From NCBI GenBank assembly GCA_965116925.1, contig OZ220744.1, positions 4,640,001 through 4,704,000 of the forward strand: a stretch of 64,000 nucleotides of DNA. The letters are read 5' to 3'. The notes beneath the pieces were generated by a model. It did not search any database and had not been told where the DNA came from. It was given only the letters and a program-made list of their open reading frames with translations. The position numbers and the translations under genes are program-made. This DNA is from Candidatus Poribacteria bacterium (GTDB taxonomy: Bacteria > Poribacteria > WGA-4E > PCPOR2b). Each line of letters opens with the position of its first letter. Position 1 is the stretch's first letter. Positions 1-10,400 of the stretch are shown here, piece by piece.

Positions 1-283
1 ATCTCAGAATTAATGAAACACTCCAAATCGGCGCAGTTGGATGAAAATTAAAAAAACAGTTCGGTAATTTGCTAGCGACGCCGGCGCGGTTGAAAACCGC
101 GCCTACCGTATGTTTCGAGGAAAATAGGGATTACCGATTTAAATACTTAAACTTCATAAAACCGCGCCTACCGTATGTTTCGAGGAAAACCGGGATTACC
201 GATTTAAATACTTAAACTTCATGAAACAGTGCCTACCGAACATGGGGAGCAAAAGTGTCTATTTATTTTTTGAATTCACTATA
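1..283. mobile_element. MITE-like repeat family B (TATAGTRRATTYTAGAATTAAT...AATTCACTATA), left end cut by window edge; internal ~65-bp tandem duplication
   Basis: Shares ends and internal blocks with 12549-12681, 22621-23069, 27426-27533, 29024-29290, 31743-32051. Confidence 0.65.
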
Positions 284-293
284 ATTTGTGTTG

Positions 294-1145
294 TCAACCC
301 ATCGCTGACCCACCGGCGACGTTGATAGCAAGACCCGTGAGATAATCGGACTCGGACGAAGCGAGGAAAGCTGCCGTTTTTGCGACATCTTCTCCTACGG
401 CAACCCGTCCCAAGGGAACTCTCGCATCGCGTTGCCTCATCGCCTCATCGTGCCGACCACTCGCCCGCCACTCTTCGCCAGATATATCCTCCTGCGATAG
501 GGCAGCCGCTATGTAACTCCACCTCTCTGTATCGACAACGCCGGGACAGATGGCGTTCACGTTAATTTGATGAGGTGCTAATTCTTGCGCCAAGGCTTGG
601 GTAAAGCCGATGACTCCGAATTTGGAAGCGGCATACGCTGCGAAACGCGCCGAACCGGTTCTGCCCGACACGGAGGACATGGTAATGATCTTTCCGCCCC
701 CGCCGCGGTCTATCATGTGTCGAGCAACCGCTCTACAGCAGAGAAAAGTCCCTTTGAGGTTAATCTTGTGCACGGTGTCCCACGCTTCTTCCTCCAGTTC
801 AACCACCGGCACACGGTCGGGCCCGGGCCGCGAACCGGCATTGCTTACAAAGATGTCTATATGTCCGAACCGTTCAACTCCCTCGCTCACTAACGCATCC
901 ACCTGATCGGCGTCGGATACATCTGCTAAGATAGTCACTGCCTGTCGCCCCAACGCCTCAATCTCACGGACGACGGAAGGGGCTCCCTCCCAATCGCTTG
1001 AATCGTAGGCATAAGGATTACTGACAACGTCACTGACAATGACATCGGCACCCTCCCTAGCGAGGCGTGTGGCAATCGCACGACCAATACCGTACTCACC
1101 GCCAGCACCTGTCACAAGGGCAACTTTCCCGTTAAGATTATACAT
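294..1145 (-). CDS. Short-chain dehydrogenase/reductase (SDR)
   Basis: TGAGGEYGIG Rossmann motif, YAASK catalytic motif, NAICPG; GGAGG RBS. Confidence 0.93.
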   Translation of the reverse strand: MYNLNGKVALVTGAGGEYGIGRAIATRLAREGADVIVSDVVSNPYAYDSSDWEGAPSVVREIEALGRQAVTILADVSDADQVDALVSEGVERFGHIDIFVSNAGSRPGPDRVPVVELEEEAWDTVHKINLKGTFLCCRAVARHMIDRGGGGKIITMSSVSGRTGSARFAAYAASKFGVIGFTQALAQELAPHQINVNAICPGVVDTERWSYIAAALSQEDISGEEWRASGRHDEAMRQRDARVPLGRVAVGEDVAKTAAFLASSESDYLTGLAINVAGGSAMG

Positions 1146-1211
1146 AAACTCCTCCTAAAGCGTCTTTCAATAGCTCACCTCCCTCTTTGGATTCCGAATC
1201 AATCGAGGGAC

Positions 1212-2078
1212 CTACTCTCCCTCTCGGCGAGGCCTCACTAACGTTGTGCCATCTGCCTCAATCAGCGGCCGGTGGTAAATGTACGGAGGCTCCAACACCG
1301 CTTGTTGGGCTTCTGTCAGTTCGGAGACCCACTCCGGCATATCTGCCTCGTAATAGCCACCGTGATAGTGGAGGTATTTGGGGGTATAGCGATAGAGCGC
1401 TGTGCGTCTTTCACCCTTGCCCTTCCACGGAAGGGTGCCGTGTGTGGTTGCCTCATTAAAGATCACCAGATCGCCAGCCGAGAGGGGGATATGGTACACA
1501 ATTTCCCGGTTGGCTTCCCACAACTTTATGTCTTCAGGACAGGGATAGTTTGCTTTGTGGCTGCCCGGTATGACGCATAGGCCGCCATCGCCGGGATTCA
1601 CATCTGTCATGTAAAACTGGCAATTGATTAGACCGCAGCGCATTCTGCCGTTTTGGTAAGCGTAGAAACGAGATCCGTTGAAAGTGACGTTGCCATCGCC
1701 GTGAAGGACCAGTCCTTCGGTACCGGCTGTGGCAGTCAGTATATCGGGCTCATGATCCAACTTCCAACCGCGACCCAACAGGGTATTGAGGTAAGGGATG
1801 AGTTTGGGATGGGCTAACAGATCGCGAAAGGGGTGACACCAAGGGTGTTCCCAAGTTAGCATACCGCTAATGCGACTGCGGAGGTACTTTCCTTCCAACT
1901 GTGGACCAACTGCGCGGAGATCGTGTTCGCTGTGTTTGTCTATGTTTGCATCAACAGCCTCGTTCAGACGTTTCACCTCGTCGGTTGAGAGAAGACCTTT
2001 AACGACAATAAAGCCCTGCAGATCAAATAGATATTTTTCTCGATCGCTCATCGTGGGGAACTGTTCTGCTTCGTACAT
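1212..2078 (-). CDS. Phytanoyl-CoA dioxygenase (PhyH)-family Fe(II)/2OG dioxygenase
   Basis: LHGD, GGLCVIPGSHK, distal HG motif. Confidence 0.9.
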   Translation of the reverse strand: MYEAEQFPTMSDREKYLFDLQGFIVVKGLLSTDEVKRLNEAVDANIDKHSEHDLRAVGPQLEGKYLRSRISGMLTWEHPWCHPFRDLLAHPKLIPYLNTLLGRGWKLDHEPDILTATAGTEGLVLHGDGNVTFNGSRFYAYQNGRMRCGLINCQFYMTDVNPGDGGLCVIPGSHKANYPCPEDIKLWEANREIVYHIPLSAGDLVIFNEATTHGTLPWKGKGERRTALYRYTPKYLHYHGGYYEADMPEWVSELTEAQQAVLEPPYIYHRPLIEADGTTLVRPRREGE

Positions 2079-2136
2079 AATTGCCGCCTCCCGTTTGGCG
2101 TGTGGGTTTTGATGTCCCTGCTACTATAGAACGATT

Positions 2137-2223
2137 ACTATATCACCCCTAATTAATCGGGTCAAGCGAAAACCGAGGCTGCTGAAGTTTTCTGTTGACG
2201 CTACAGGACAGCCGTGATATAAG
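2137..2223. promoter_or_regulatory. Divergent sigma70-type promoters
   Basis: + strand TTGACG-17-TATAAG (2195-2223); - strand TTGACC-17-TATAGT (2165-2137); both have TGn extended -10. Confidence 0.65.
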
Positions 2224-2328
2224 AATAGGGACGATAACTGTCTTACAGCTTAAAAGGCTCATGGACTATCCTACCGACGCCAAAATCAACCTAGCCAAGA
2301 TTGTGCCTAAACGCAAGGAGGCTTTCCT

Positions 2329-3396
2329 ATGAAACTCGGTTTCTTCACAATGCCACTGCATCCGCCGGGTGCGGATTTCACGAAGACCTTAGATCACGAC
2401 ATGGATCAAGTGGTGACACTGGACAAGTTGGGCTACACGGAGGCGTGGATCGGTGAACACTTCACTTTTGAATGGGAGAATATCCCATCTCCTGAACTCT
2501 TCATTGCAAACGCTTTGGGGTTGACCAAAAACATCGTCTTCGGTACAGGTGTCACATGTATGCCCATCCACAACCCGGCTGCGGTCGCCCATCGCATCGC
2601 CCAACTCGACCATCTCGCGCACGGGCGTTTCTATTGGGGGGTTGGTTCCAGTGCGATACCGGGAGACTGTGAGATGTTTGGATTCGCCGCGGACGGCGAC
2701 CGGCGAAAGGCAACACGAGAGGGTATCGAGGCGGTGCTCCAAATTTGGGAGGATCCTAAACCGGGGCTATATGAAACCGAGTACTGGCGTTATAAGATTC
2801 CTGAACCGGTGGACGATATCGGCTTAAAGGTGCACATCAAGCCGTATCAGAAGCCTCACCCACCTATCGCGATGGGCGGTGTCTCACCCAGATCGGACAC
2901 GCTGGTATTGGCAGGCGAGCGGGGTTGGATCCCGATGAGTCTCAATCTGATACCTGTAGAGGTCATCCAGACACATTGGGAAGCGGTGGAAGAAGGGGCG
3001 CAGAAGACGGGGCGCACCCCGGATCGGTCAATGTGGCGTATCGCACGGGAGATTTATATCGCAGACACAACTGAGCAGGCGCGCAAGGAGGCGTTAGAAG
3101 GAGTCCTCGCACGCGACTTCAATGAGTATTGGTTCAAACTCCTGCCTAAAGAACGATTCAAGAGAGATCCCAACATGTCCAACGATGAAGTGACAGTTGA
3201 GTGGCTACTCGACAATCTCTGGATTGTCGGAAGCCCTGACGATGTCGCCGATCAATTGCGTCAACTGTACGATGACGTGGGCGGCTTTGGCGTACTCTTG
3301 GCGATGGGACACGAATGGGAACCGAAGGAGAAGTGGCTCAATTCCATGACGATGCTTATGGATGAGGTGATGCCCAAATTAGCAGACCTGACCTAG
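2329..3396 (+). CDS. Luciferase-like (LLM class) flavin-dependent monooxygenase
   Basis: MKLGFFTMPLHPP, AWIGEHF, PYQKPHPPI, IVGSPDDV. Confidence 0.9.
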   Translation: MKLGFFTMPLHPPGADFTKTLDHDMDQVVTLDKLGYTEAWIGEHFTFEWENIPSPELFIANALGLTKNIVFGTGVTCMPIHNPAAVAHRIAQLDHLAHGRFYWGVGSSAIPGDCEMFGFAADGDRRKATREGIEAVLQIWEDPKPGLYETEYWRYKIPEPVDDIGLKVHIKPYQKPHPPIAMGGVSPRSDTLVLAGERGWIPMSLNLIPVEVIQTHWEAVEEGAQKTGRTPDRSMWRIAREIYIADTTEQARKEALEGVLARDFNEYWFKLLPKERFKRDPNMSNDEVTVEWLLDNLWIVGSPDDVADQLRQLYDDVGGFGVLLAMGHEWEPKEKWLNSMTMLMDEVMPKLADLT

Positions 3397-3425
3397 GTAC
3401 GCTCTGGGTGTTCGGGAGGTGAAGT

Positions 3426-4196
3426 ATGCGTTTGAAGGACAAAGTCGCACTGGTTACGGGAGGCGGTTCCGGTATTGGACACGCGACAGCGGTGCTATTC
3501 GCTGCACAGGGAGCGAAGGTGGTCGTCTCCGATTTGAACGAGGCTAACGCCCTTGAAACCGTTGCTGAGATAGAAACCAACGGAGGTAATGCCACCTCTC
3601 TCACCGGAGATGTATCGAAGAACTCTGATGCTGAAGCAATGGTGAAGGACACGGTGGAGACCTATGGTCGTTTGGATGTTGTAGTCAACTGCGCTGGCGT
3701 TATCGCTGGGAAAGCACTCCCGGAAGGTGCCTCCCCTGAAGAGGTGTGGGACCGGGTGATGGAGGTCAACCTGAAGGGGACCTACTTGGTAACGTGGCAT
3801 GCGGTGCGGACGATGGAACAGTCCGGCGGTGGTTCGATAATCAATATCGCCTCCATCAATGGAATAGTGGGCTATCCGATTGGTCTCGGCGGCGGTTTTG
3901 ATGCGTACGTTCCCTCAAAAGGAGGCGTGGTTCAGTTCACCAAAAACTTGGCTATTGACTACGGTAAGAAGAACATCCGCGTGAATTGCATCTGTCCCGG
4001 CCACATAGACACCAATCTGATCCGGGAGTTTCTCGACAACCCAGAACGGCGGGAGTGGTTGGAGGCACGTTACCCGATGGGGCGGGTTGGTCGTCCGGAA
4101 GAGATTGCTTATGCGGCACTTTTTCTGGCATCGGATGAATCCTCTTTTGTGACGGGGGCTCCGCTTATTGTCGATGGTGGATATACCGCACAATAG
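3426..4196 (+). CDS. SDR family oxidoreductase
   Basis: TGGGSGIG, YVPSK, DGGYTAQ. Confidence 0.93.
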   Translation: MRLKDKVALVTGGGSGIGHATAVLFAAQGAKVVVSDLNEANALETVAEIETNGGNATSLTGDVSKNSDAEAMVKDTVETYGRLDVVVNCAGVIAGKALPEGASPEEVWDRVMEVNLKGTYLVTWHAVRTMEQSGGGSIINIASINGIVGYPIGLGGGFDAYVPSKGGVVQFTKNLAIDYGKKNIRVNCICPGHIDTNLIREFLDNPERREWLEARYPMGRVGRPEEIAYAALFLASDESSFVTGAPLIVDGGYTAQ

Positions 4197-4238
4197 ATCG
4201 GATTTGTAAATCACAATCCATTCGATCAAGAACTGTCG

Positions 4239-4580
4239 CTAGTATTTTCCCCCGAACTGAAGTCTGTTGCCTTCAGGGTCTGAAATATCGAAGCACGCTA
4301 ATCCGTCCTCATTTTTTAACGGTCTTAGTCTTAAACCTTTCTTCTTGAGGGCATCGTGAACGGCTTTTACACTTTCGACGGGAAATCCGATCTTTTGTCT
4401 TCCACCGTTTGGCTTGCTTGCACTGTGCAGGCAGAGTTTACACTGCCCGGTGTTAAAGCGAAAGAAACGGTGCGCCGGAAACGGTTGTTCTTCGTCGGGC
4501 TGCAATCCGACAACATCCCTGTAAAATGCGGTAACACCTTTCATGTCTTTGACAAAGAGTATAATGTTTCCTATCTCCAT
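4239..4580 (-). CDS. VOC/glyoxalase family protein
   Basis: V(K)DM...AFYRDVVGL and DPEGNRL motifs; GGAG upstream. Confidence 0.85.
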   Translation of the reverse strand: MEIGNIILFVKDMKGVTAFYRDVVGLQPDEEQPFPAHRFFRFNTGQCKLCLHSASKPNGGRQKIGFPVESVKAVHDALKKKGLRLRPLKNEDGLACFDISDPEGNRLQFGGKY

Positions 4581-4741
4581 GAGATTGCTCCTGAATCATG
4601 TGATTTGACTCTGATTGGAGTGTAGGCGCACAATTGAGGTGCGCGCCATGCTATATCCAAAAGCAGATTAACATTAGCAAGACATATTTTAACATATCGG
4701 AATAATATTTGTCAAATAAAAAGAAAGTGCAGAGCATGAGG

Positions 4742-4775
4742 AGAAACCGAGTTTTTTCTTGAAAACTCGGTTTCT
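4742..4775. repeat. Palindromic repeat AGAAACCGAGTTTT-N6-AAAACTCGGTTTCT (copy 1 of 5)
   Basis: Other copies at 13587-13620, 29841-29874, 37133-37164, 43031-43062. Confidence 0.85.
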
Positions 4776-4826
4776 GCTGCACCATTTCTTAACATGAGCC
4801 TCGTTAAAAAGGAGGGAGCCGCTAAT

Positions 4827-5603
4827 ATGAAAGATCAGGTTGTTATTGTCACCGGCAGTGGTCAGGGCATCGGCGAGGCAACCGCCCTGCGTTTCTCAAG
4901 CGAAGGAGCATCTGTGGTTGTGGTGGACATCCAAGAAGCGAGCGGCAACGAGACGGTCCAAGAGATTCAGCGTCAAGGCGGCACAGCGTGTTTTGTCAAG
5001 GCTGATGTGTCAAACCCCAGTGATGTACGTAACATGGCGGAACAAGCCGCGGCAGCGTTTGGAAAGATAGATGTCCTTGTCAATGTCGCCGGCGTTCAGG
5101 GGATGGTCGCCGATATCGTTGAATTGCCCGAAGATGAATGGTATCATGTTCTCAACGTAAATCTCACGAGCGTCTACCTCTGCTCAAAATATTGCATTCC
5201 CTATATGCTCGAACAGGGCGGCGGTTGCATCGTCAATATTGCGTCAATGCAGAGTTTTTTCAACATGCCCGGATCATCGGCGTATGCCGCCGCAAAGGGG
5301 GGCATCGTCTCACTAACACGAAGCATGGCTCTGGATTTTGCTCCCCAAAACATCCGCATCAACGCCGTCGCCCCCGGCTATATTGATACACCCCTGCTAC
5401 GTGGATTTGCAGAGGCGACTGGCGATATGGAGGGCGCTATCCAGCAATGGTGCAGTCGGATACCGATTCGACGGTTACAGCAACCCGCGGAGGTCGCCGA
5501 AGTGATTCTGTTCCTCGCCAGTTCAAGAGCCTCAGCGGTGACCGGCGTCACCTACCCAGTTGATGGCGGCATCCTAACGGCTCAACCGTTCATGGGAGAT
5601 TAG
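4827..5603 (+). CDS. SDR family oxidoreductase
   Basis: TGSGQGIG, YAAAK; start moved to ATG 4827 after GGAGG. Confidence 0.92.
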   Translation: MKDQVVIVTGSGQGIGEATALRFSSEGASVVVVDIQEASGNETVQEIQRQGGTACFVKADVSNPSDVRNMAEQAAAAFGKIDVLVNVAGVQGMVADIVELPEDEWYHVLNVNLTSVYLCSKYCIPYMLEQGGGCIVNIASMQSFFNMPGSSAYAAAKGGIVSLTRSMALDFAPQNIRINAVAPGYIDTPLLRGFAEATGDMEGAIQQWCSRIPIRRLQQPAEVAEVILFLASSRASAVTGVTYPVDGGILTAQPFMGD

Positions 5604-5658
5604 GTTCCAATTCTATAATTCCCTTTTCTCAAACTCATTAATACGGAGGTATAAATCC

Positions 5659-7380
5659 ATGAACTCAAGAAATATGGATCTATTGACATTCTTACAAGGT
5701 CTTAAACAATTTCAGGTGCCAATTTTTCAACGCCGGTACTCTTGGACGAAAGAGGAATGCAAAGAATTATGGGACGACGTGCTGCGTGTGGGGGAAAATA
5801 AAAATATCCCTTCTCACTTCCTCGGTGCAATCTACTCCATGAAGCCTGATAACCGCTCTTCTTCAATGGTGTCTCAATGGCTCGTTATTGACGGTCAACA
5901 ACGGCTTACGACCATCTCTTTGTTGCTTTCCGCACTCGGCAGAATTATTGAAGCAAAAGACATTGAAATAGGTATAGATCGAAGGAGAATAGAAGACTAT
6001 TATCTGTTCAACGCCTATGAAACTGGTAAGTTGCGCTACAAACAGTTACTCACCCAACACGACAAGGATACCTTGATTCAACTGTTGGAGAAGGGAGAGG
6101 CCTCTGATAACACCTCACTGCTAGTGACAAGCTACAATTTTTTTGACCTTCAGCTCAAACGCGCCGACCTTGCCGACCTTAAAGCGGTGTATGAGGGGAT
6201 TCGGAAACTAACGATTGTAGACATCGTGCTCGAGCCTCCTTCCGATAATCCACAACTGATTTTTGAGAGTCTTAATTCCAAAGGAACTGAGCTTTCGCAA
6301 ACCGACCTCATACGCAACTACGTGCTGATGGGACAAGATCCCGATTTCCAAAAAGAGCTTTGTAAGAGTTACTGGTATCCGATGGAGGAGCGTTTTAAGG
6401 AAGAGTATGACGAGCGATTTGACCTCTTCATAAGGGACTATCTCACGTTAAAAATGCCGCAAATTCCAACTCAAAAAAAGGTTTACGAGAGCTTCAAAAG
6501 GTATGTAGCTGATAAAAAGCAGCCGGAAGCATTAGAAGAGACTATTGCGGAAATAAATCGTTATTCAGAACACTATGTTCGCATCGCCCTGCGTCAAGAG
6601 GAAGATCCGGAAATTCGTGCTTGTCTTGAGGATATTCATGCCCTTAACGTTAAAACTGTTTTTTCGCTCTTACTTGGTGTCTATGAAGATTATACACAGG
6701 GACAAATCAAGAAAGCAGAGATAATCGAAATTCTTCGCTTGATAGAGAGTTACATCTTCCGTCGTGATATTTACGAACTTCCATCGAACAGCTTGTACAA
6801 AACCTTTGCAGCACTATCACGGCAAATTAACAAAGACAATTATATCCAAAGTCTGAAAATCGCCTTCTCGAAGCGATCGTATAGTCAACGTTTTCCTAGC
6901 AATGAGGAGTTCAAGCAAAAGCTTCTTAGTACAGAACTTTATCCCCAATACTACCCAGGATTTAGCACTCGTGATTATCTGCTACGTAAACTGGAGGATT
7001 ACGAACGCAAAGAGAAATGCAAAAAGCCAATCAGTGTTGAAGGCTACACGATTGAGCATGTCATGCCGCAGGATGAAGACCTTTCTGAAGAGTGGCAAGA
7101 GGAGTTAGGCAAAAACTGGAAAGATGTGCAAAAAAAATATCTTCACAAGCTGGGCAACCTCACTCTTATCAGTACCAGGGACAATTCAAAGTTAGGCAAT
7201 AAGTCCTTCACAGAGAAAAAGCTCCTAGTTTTTCTCAATAGTCCGTTGTGCTTGGATCGGAGCATAGCTGAGGCAGAGCGATGGGACGAAGATGCCATTG
7301 TAAAACGTGCAGACGAGCTTTTTCAAACGGCACTCAAAATCTGGATTGGAATTGATGACCCTGATACGTCAGTTGTTTGA
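5659..7380 (+). CDS. DUF262 + DUF1524 protein (GmrSD-like type IV modification-dependent restriction)
   Basis: VPIFQRRYSW, IDGQQRLTT, FESLNSKG (DUF262); TIEHVMPQ, LGNLTL (HNH-like DUF1524). Confidence 0.88.
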   Translation: MNSRNMDLLTFLQGLKQFQVPIFQRRYSWTKEECKELWDDVLRVGENKNIPSHFLGAIYSMKPDNRSSSMVSQWLVIDGQQRLTTISLLLSALGRIIEAKDIEIGIDRRRIEDYYLFNAYETGKLRYKQLLTQHDKDTLIQLLEKGEASDNTSLLVTSYNFFDLQLKRADLADLKAVYEGIRKLTIVDIVLEPPSDNPQLIFESLNSKGTELSQTDLIRNYVLMGQDPDFQKELCKSYWYPMEERFKEEYDERFDLFIRDYLTLKMPQIPTQKKVYESFKRYVADKKQPEALEETIAEINRYSEHYVRIALRQEEDPEIRACLEDIHALNVKTVFSLLLGVYEDYTQGQIKKAEIIEILRLIESYIFRRDIYELPSNSLYKTFAALSRQINKDNYIQSLKIAFSKRSYSQRFPSNEEFKQKLLSTELYPQYYPGFSTRDYLLRKLEDYERKEKCKKPISVEGYTIEHVMPQDEDLSEEWQEELGKNWKDVQKKYLHKLGNLTLISTRDNSKLGNKSFTEKKLLVFLNSPLCLDRSIAEAERWDEDAIVKRADELFQTALKIWIGIDDPDTSVV

Positions 7381-7466
7381 AAGATAGAAAATTGCTTTGT
7401 TGTGTCTTAATCGTACTATTGATTGATTGTTGCCAACTCAAATCGTAAAATCAAGCGAGATTTTGC

Positions 7467-10400
7467 ATGAAAACACCATTTTTCCGTTTCGTTTTGTGTC
7501 TTATAGTAGTGTGCTTTACCTGTGTAGCCAACAATCGAGCAGCTGTAGCTCCTATGCCCTCGGTAGAGGATTTTTGTGGAGTTACTGATTCCAAACACAT
7601 CGACAATCGTAACTATGCCAGAAGTATAACAGCAAATCTGAATGTCGGTGAACCCCGGATGGTGCGGATGATCTATTTCTTGCCGAACGATCGCCCGTAT
7701 CGTGAAGATGTGGTACAAAGGATGAAAGATGAGATTCTTAGCATTCAAGCCTTTTATGCTGAAACAATGCAAGCACATGGTTATAATATGACCTTTCAAA
7801 TAGAAACCGATGTCCATGGCAAGCCAGTGGTGCATCGAGTAGATGGACAACACCCCGACGCTTATTATATTTATGATACAATAAATTCCATAGAAATGGA
7901 ACTAGGACAAATATTCAATCTTAATGTGAATATCTATTTCATTGTTGTTGATAATAGTATAAATATGATTGGTAGGGGAGAAAATAAAGTAAGAGCACAG
8001 GGTGTTGGAGGTCGAAGAGGTAAAAATGGTGGTATTAGTCTAATACCTGCTACGTTGAAACCTGCTGGTGCATTAGTGCCTGGTGAGTTTCAATATAGAA
8101 CAGCAGCTCATGAATTGGGACATGCTTTTGGACTGCAACATGATTACCGCCATGACACTTATATAATGTCAACAAAGAATCAATCGAGCCATGAGAAAAC
8201 TCGACTATCTCAGTGTAACGCCGATTTTTTGGCAGTTCATCCTTATTTCAATCCTGATACACCAATTGAAAGTGGGCCTCCACCAACTATTGAACTCACA
8301 TCACCAAATACATACGCCGAGAGCGCAAGAAACATTAAGATTCAATTAGAAGTAAAGGATTCAGAAGGAATTCACCAAGTCATTCTTTTTGTCATATTGG
8401 AGGATTCAGTTTTTGTATCAACAAATTATCTTCAAGTGAAAGCATGTTATAAGCTGACAAGCAAGAAGGAATCTGTTGTTGAATTTAATTATGATGGTGA
8501 TATCCCATCTCTTAATCTTACCGCGCTTGCTCAATTCACTACCCAGACAATTCATATCGCTGCTGTTGATATAAATGGGGATGTGCAGTACAAATCTTTT
8601 GTTCTTACACAAATTCCATCACAACATCCAAAACATAAAAAGATGATAAACATATTGGGTTACAATAATCCAAGTGGGGACCATCAAAAATGGGGACTAC
8701 CTATTGACGTAAGGATTCGTTTAGGAAAAGGAGGTGTTGGCCAAGATTCAAATGCAGTTGCGTTTTCACCTGACGGACAACTCCTTGCTGTATCAAGTGA
8801 TATTGGGATATGGCTTTACGATGCAATAACCTATAAAGAGCTTGCGCTGTTGTCCAACCCATGGAAGGTTTCAACGATAGCATTTTCACCAGATGGCAAA
8901 ACTATTCTATCGGCAAGAAGTGATAGCATAGGGAGGGATGGGTGGGATATCAACTTATGGGATGTTGGAACACGAGAGAAGATTGCCATGTTTGGTGAAA
9001 GTCGTGGACCTATATCATTTTCACCAGATGGGAATATAGTTGCTTCTGTGCTGCGAAAAGAACCTATCATCTGGAATGTTAAGACAGGTCAAAAACTTGT
9101 AACTCTGCCACATAAAACAGATGCATTTATCAAAACACCCATTGTATTCTCACCAGATGGCACTCTACTCGCCTCTGGAGGGAAGGATAATACGGTAAAA
9201 TTGTGGGATGTTGAAACTTGGCAAAATATCAATACTTTTACTCATAAACATACTGATAGAACTACTATCTATTCTATAGCATTTTCTCCTGATGGGAAGA
9301 TGATTGCCTCTGGATCTGGAGACTTTACAATTAAGCTGTGGGATGTAATAAAGGGCACAGAAATTACTGAAATTCATGGCAGAACTAGAGGTCTAACATT
9401 TTCACCTGATGGAAAAACGCTTGCTTGGTCACTTGGCAAACAGATTAAATTATGGGACATAGCAACACGATCTGATATTATTACATTTGAAGATCCTGTT
9501 TTTAGTATAGGGCCTTTAGTATTTTCACCTGATGGAAAGACTCTTGTTTATGCATCATCATTTTGGGGTGTTGTTAGGGTCTTGGATATTGAGAGGGGCA
9601 TCGCTGTTGATTTAGGGCATACAAGACTCACCACAGGGGCATTTTCACCTGATAACACAATTTATGCATCAGGTGATAAGTATGGTACCATTAAACTATG
9701 GGATATTACAACAGGTCAGAACATTGGCAACCTTCCTGGTCAACCTAGACAATCTATTACAGTTATTGAATTTTCCCCTGATAGAAAAATACTTGCCTCT
9801 CAGTCTACGGGTGAATCAATGATTCGATTATGGGATATAGGAACACAAACGCCAATGGCTACGATTGAAGGGTATAAATGGGCAACTGATTTCACGTTCT
9901 CACCTGATGGACAAACATTTGTGTTCAGCACTATTGATCGCAGTATTAAACTGTGGGACATAGAAACGCAAACATTGATTGCAACACTTGAAGGGCATAT
10001 AAATAAAATCAGTTCTGTGTCATATTCCCTCGATGGAAAGGTTATTGCATCAATGGCAACTGGTGGAACAATTAAACTGTGGGATGTTACCACGATGCAA
10101 AATATCATGACATTTAACAGATCTGCATACGATCAGGTAGCAAGGGAGGACTTTTTAGTTAATGGGAAAACTTTTGCTTCACTTGGGCTTGATAGAGCTT
10201 TAAGGTTATGGGATGCGACAATACAATCACTGTTTGAGGCTTCTTATGTGTATTCTGATGAAGATTTTAGGATATTTTCACTTGATGGTAAAATGGCTTT
10301 AGTGGATTTTCATGACACAGAGAGTTTATGGGATATGACAACACAAACGCTCATTGCTGCTATTCGGGGATTTTCACCTGATGTGAAAACCTTTATGCAG

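Noticed and set aside
94..222. Direct repeats as a CRISPR array (also 46369-46624)
   Set aside because: Only two adjacent units, no unique spacers, no cas genes
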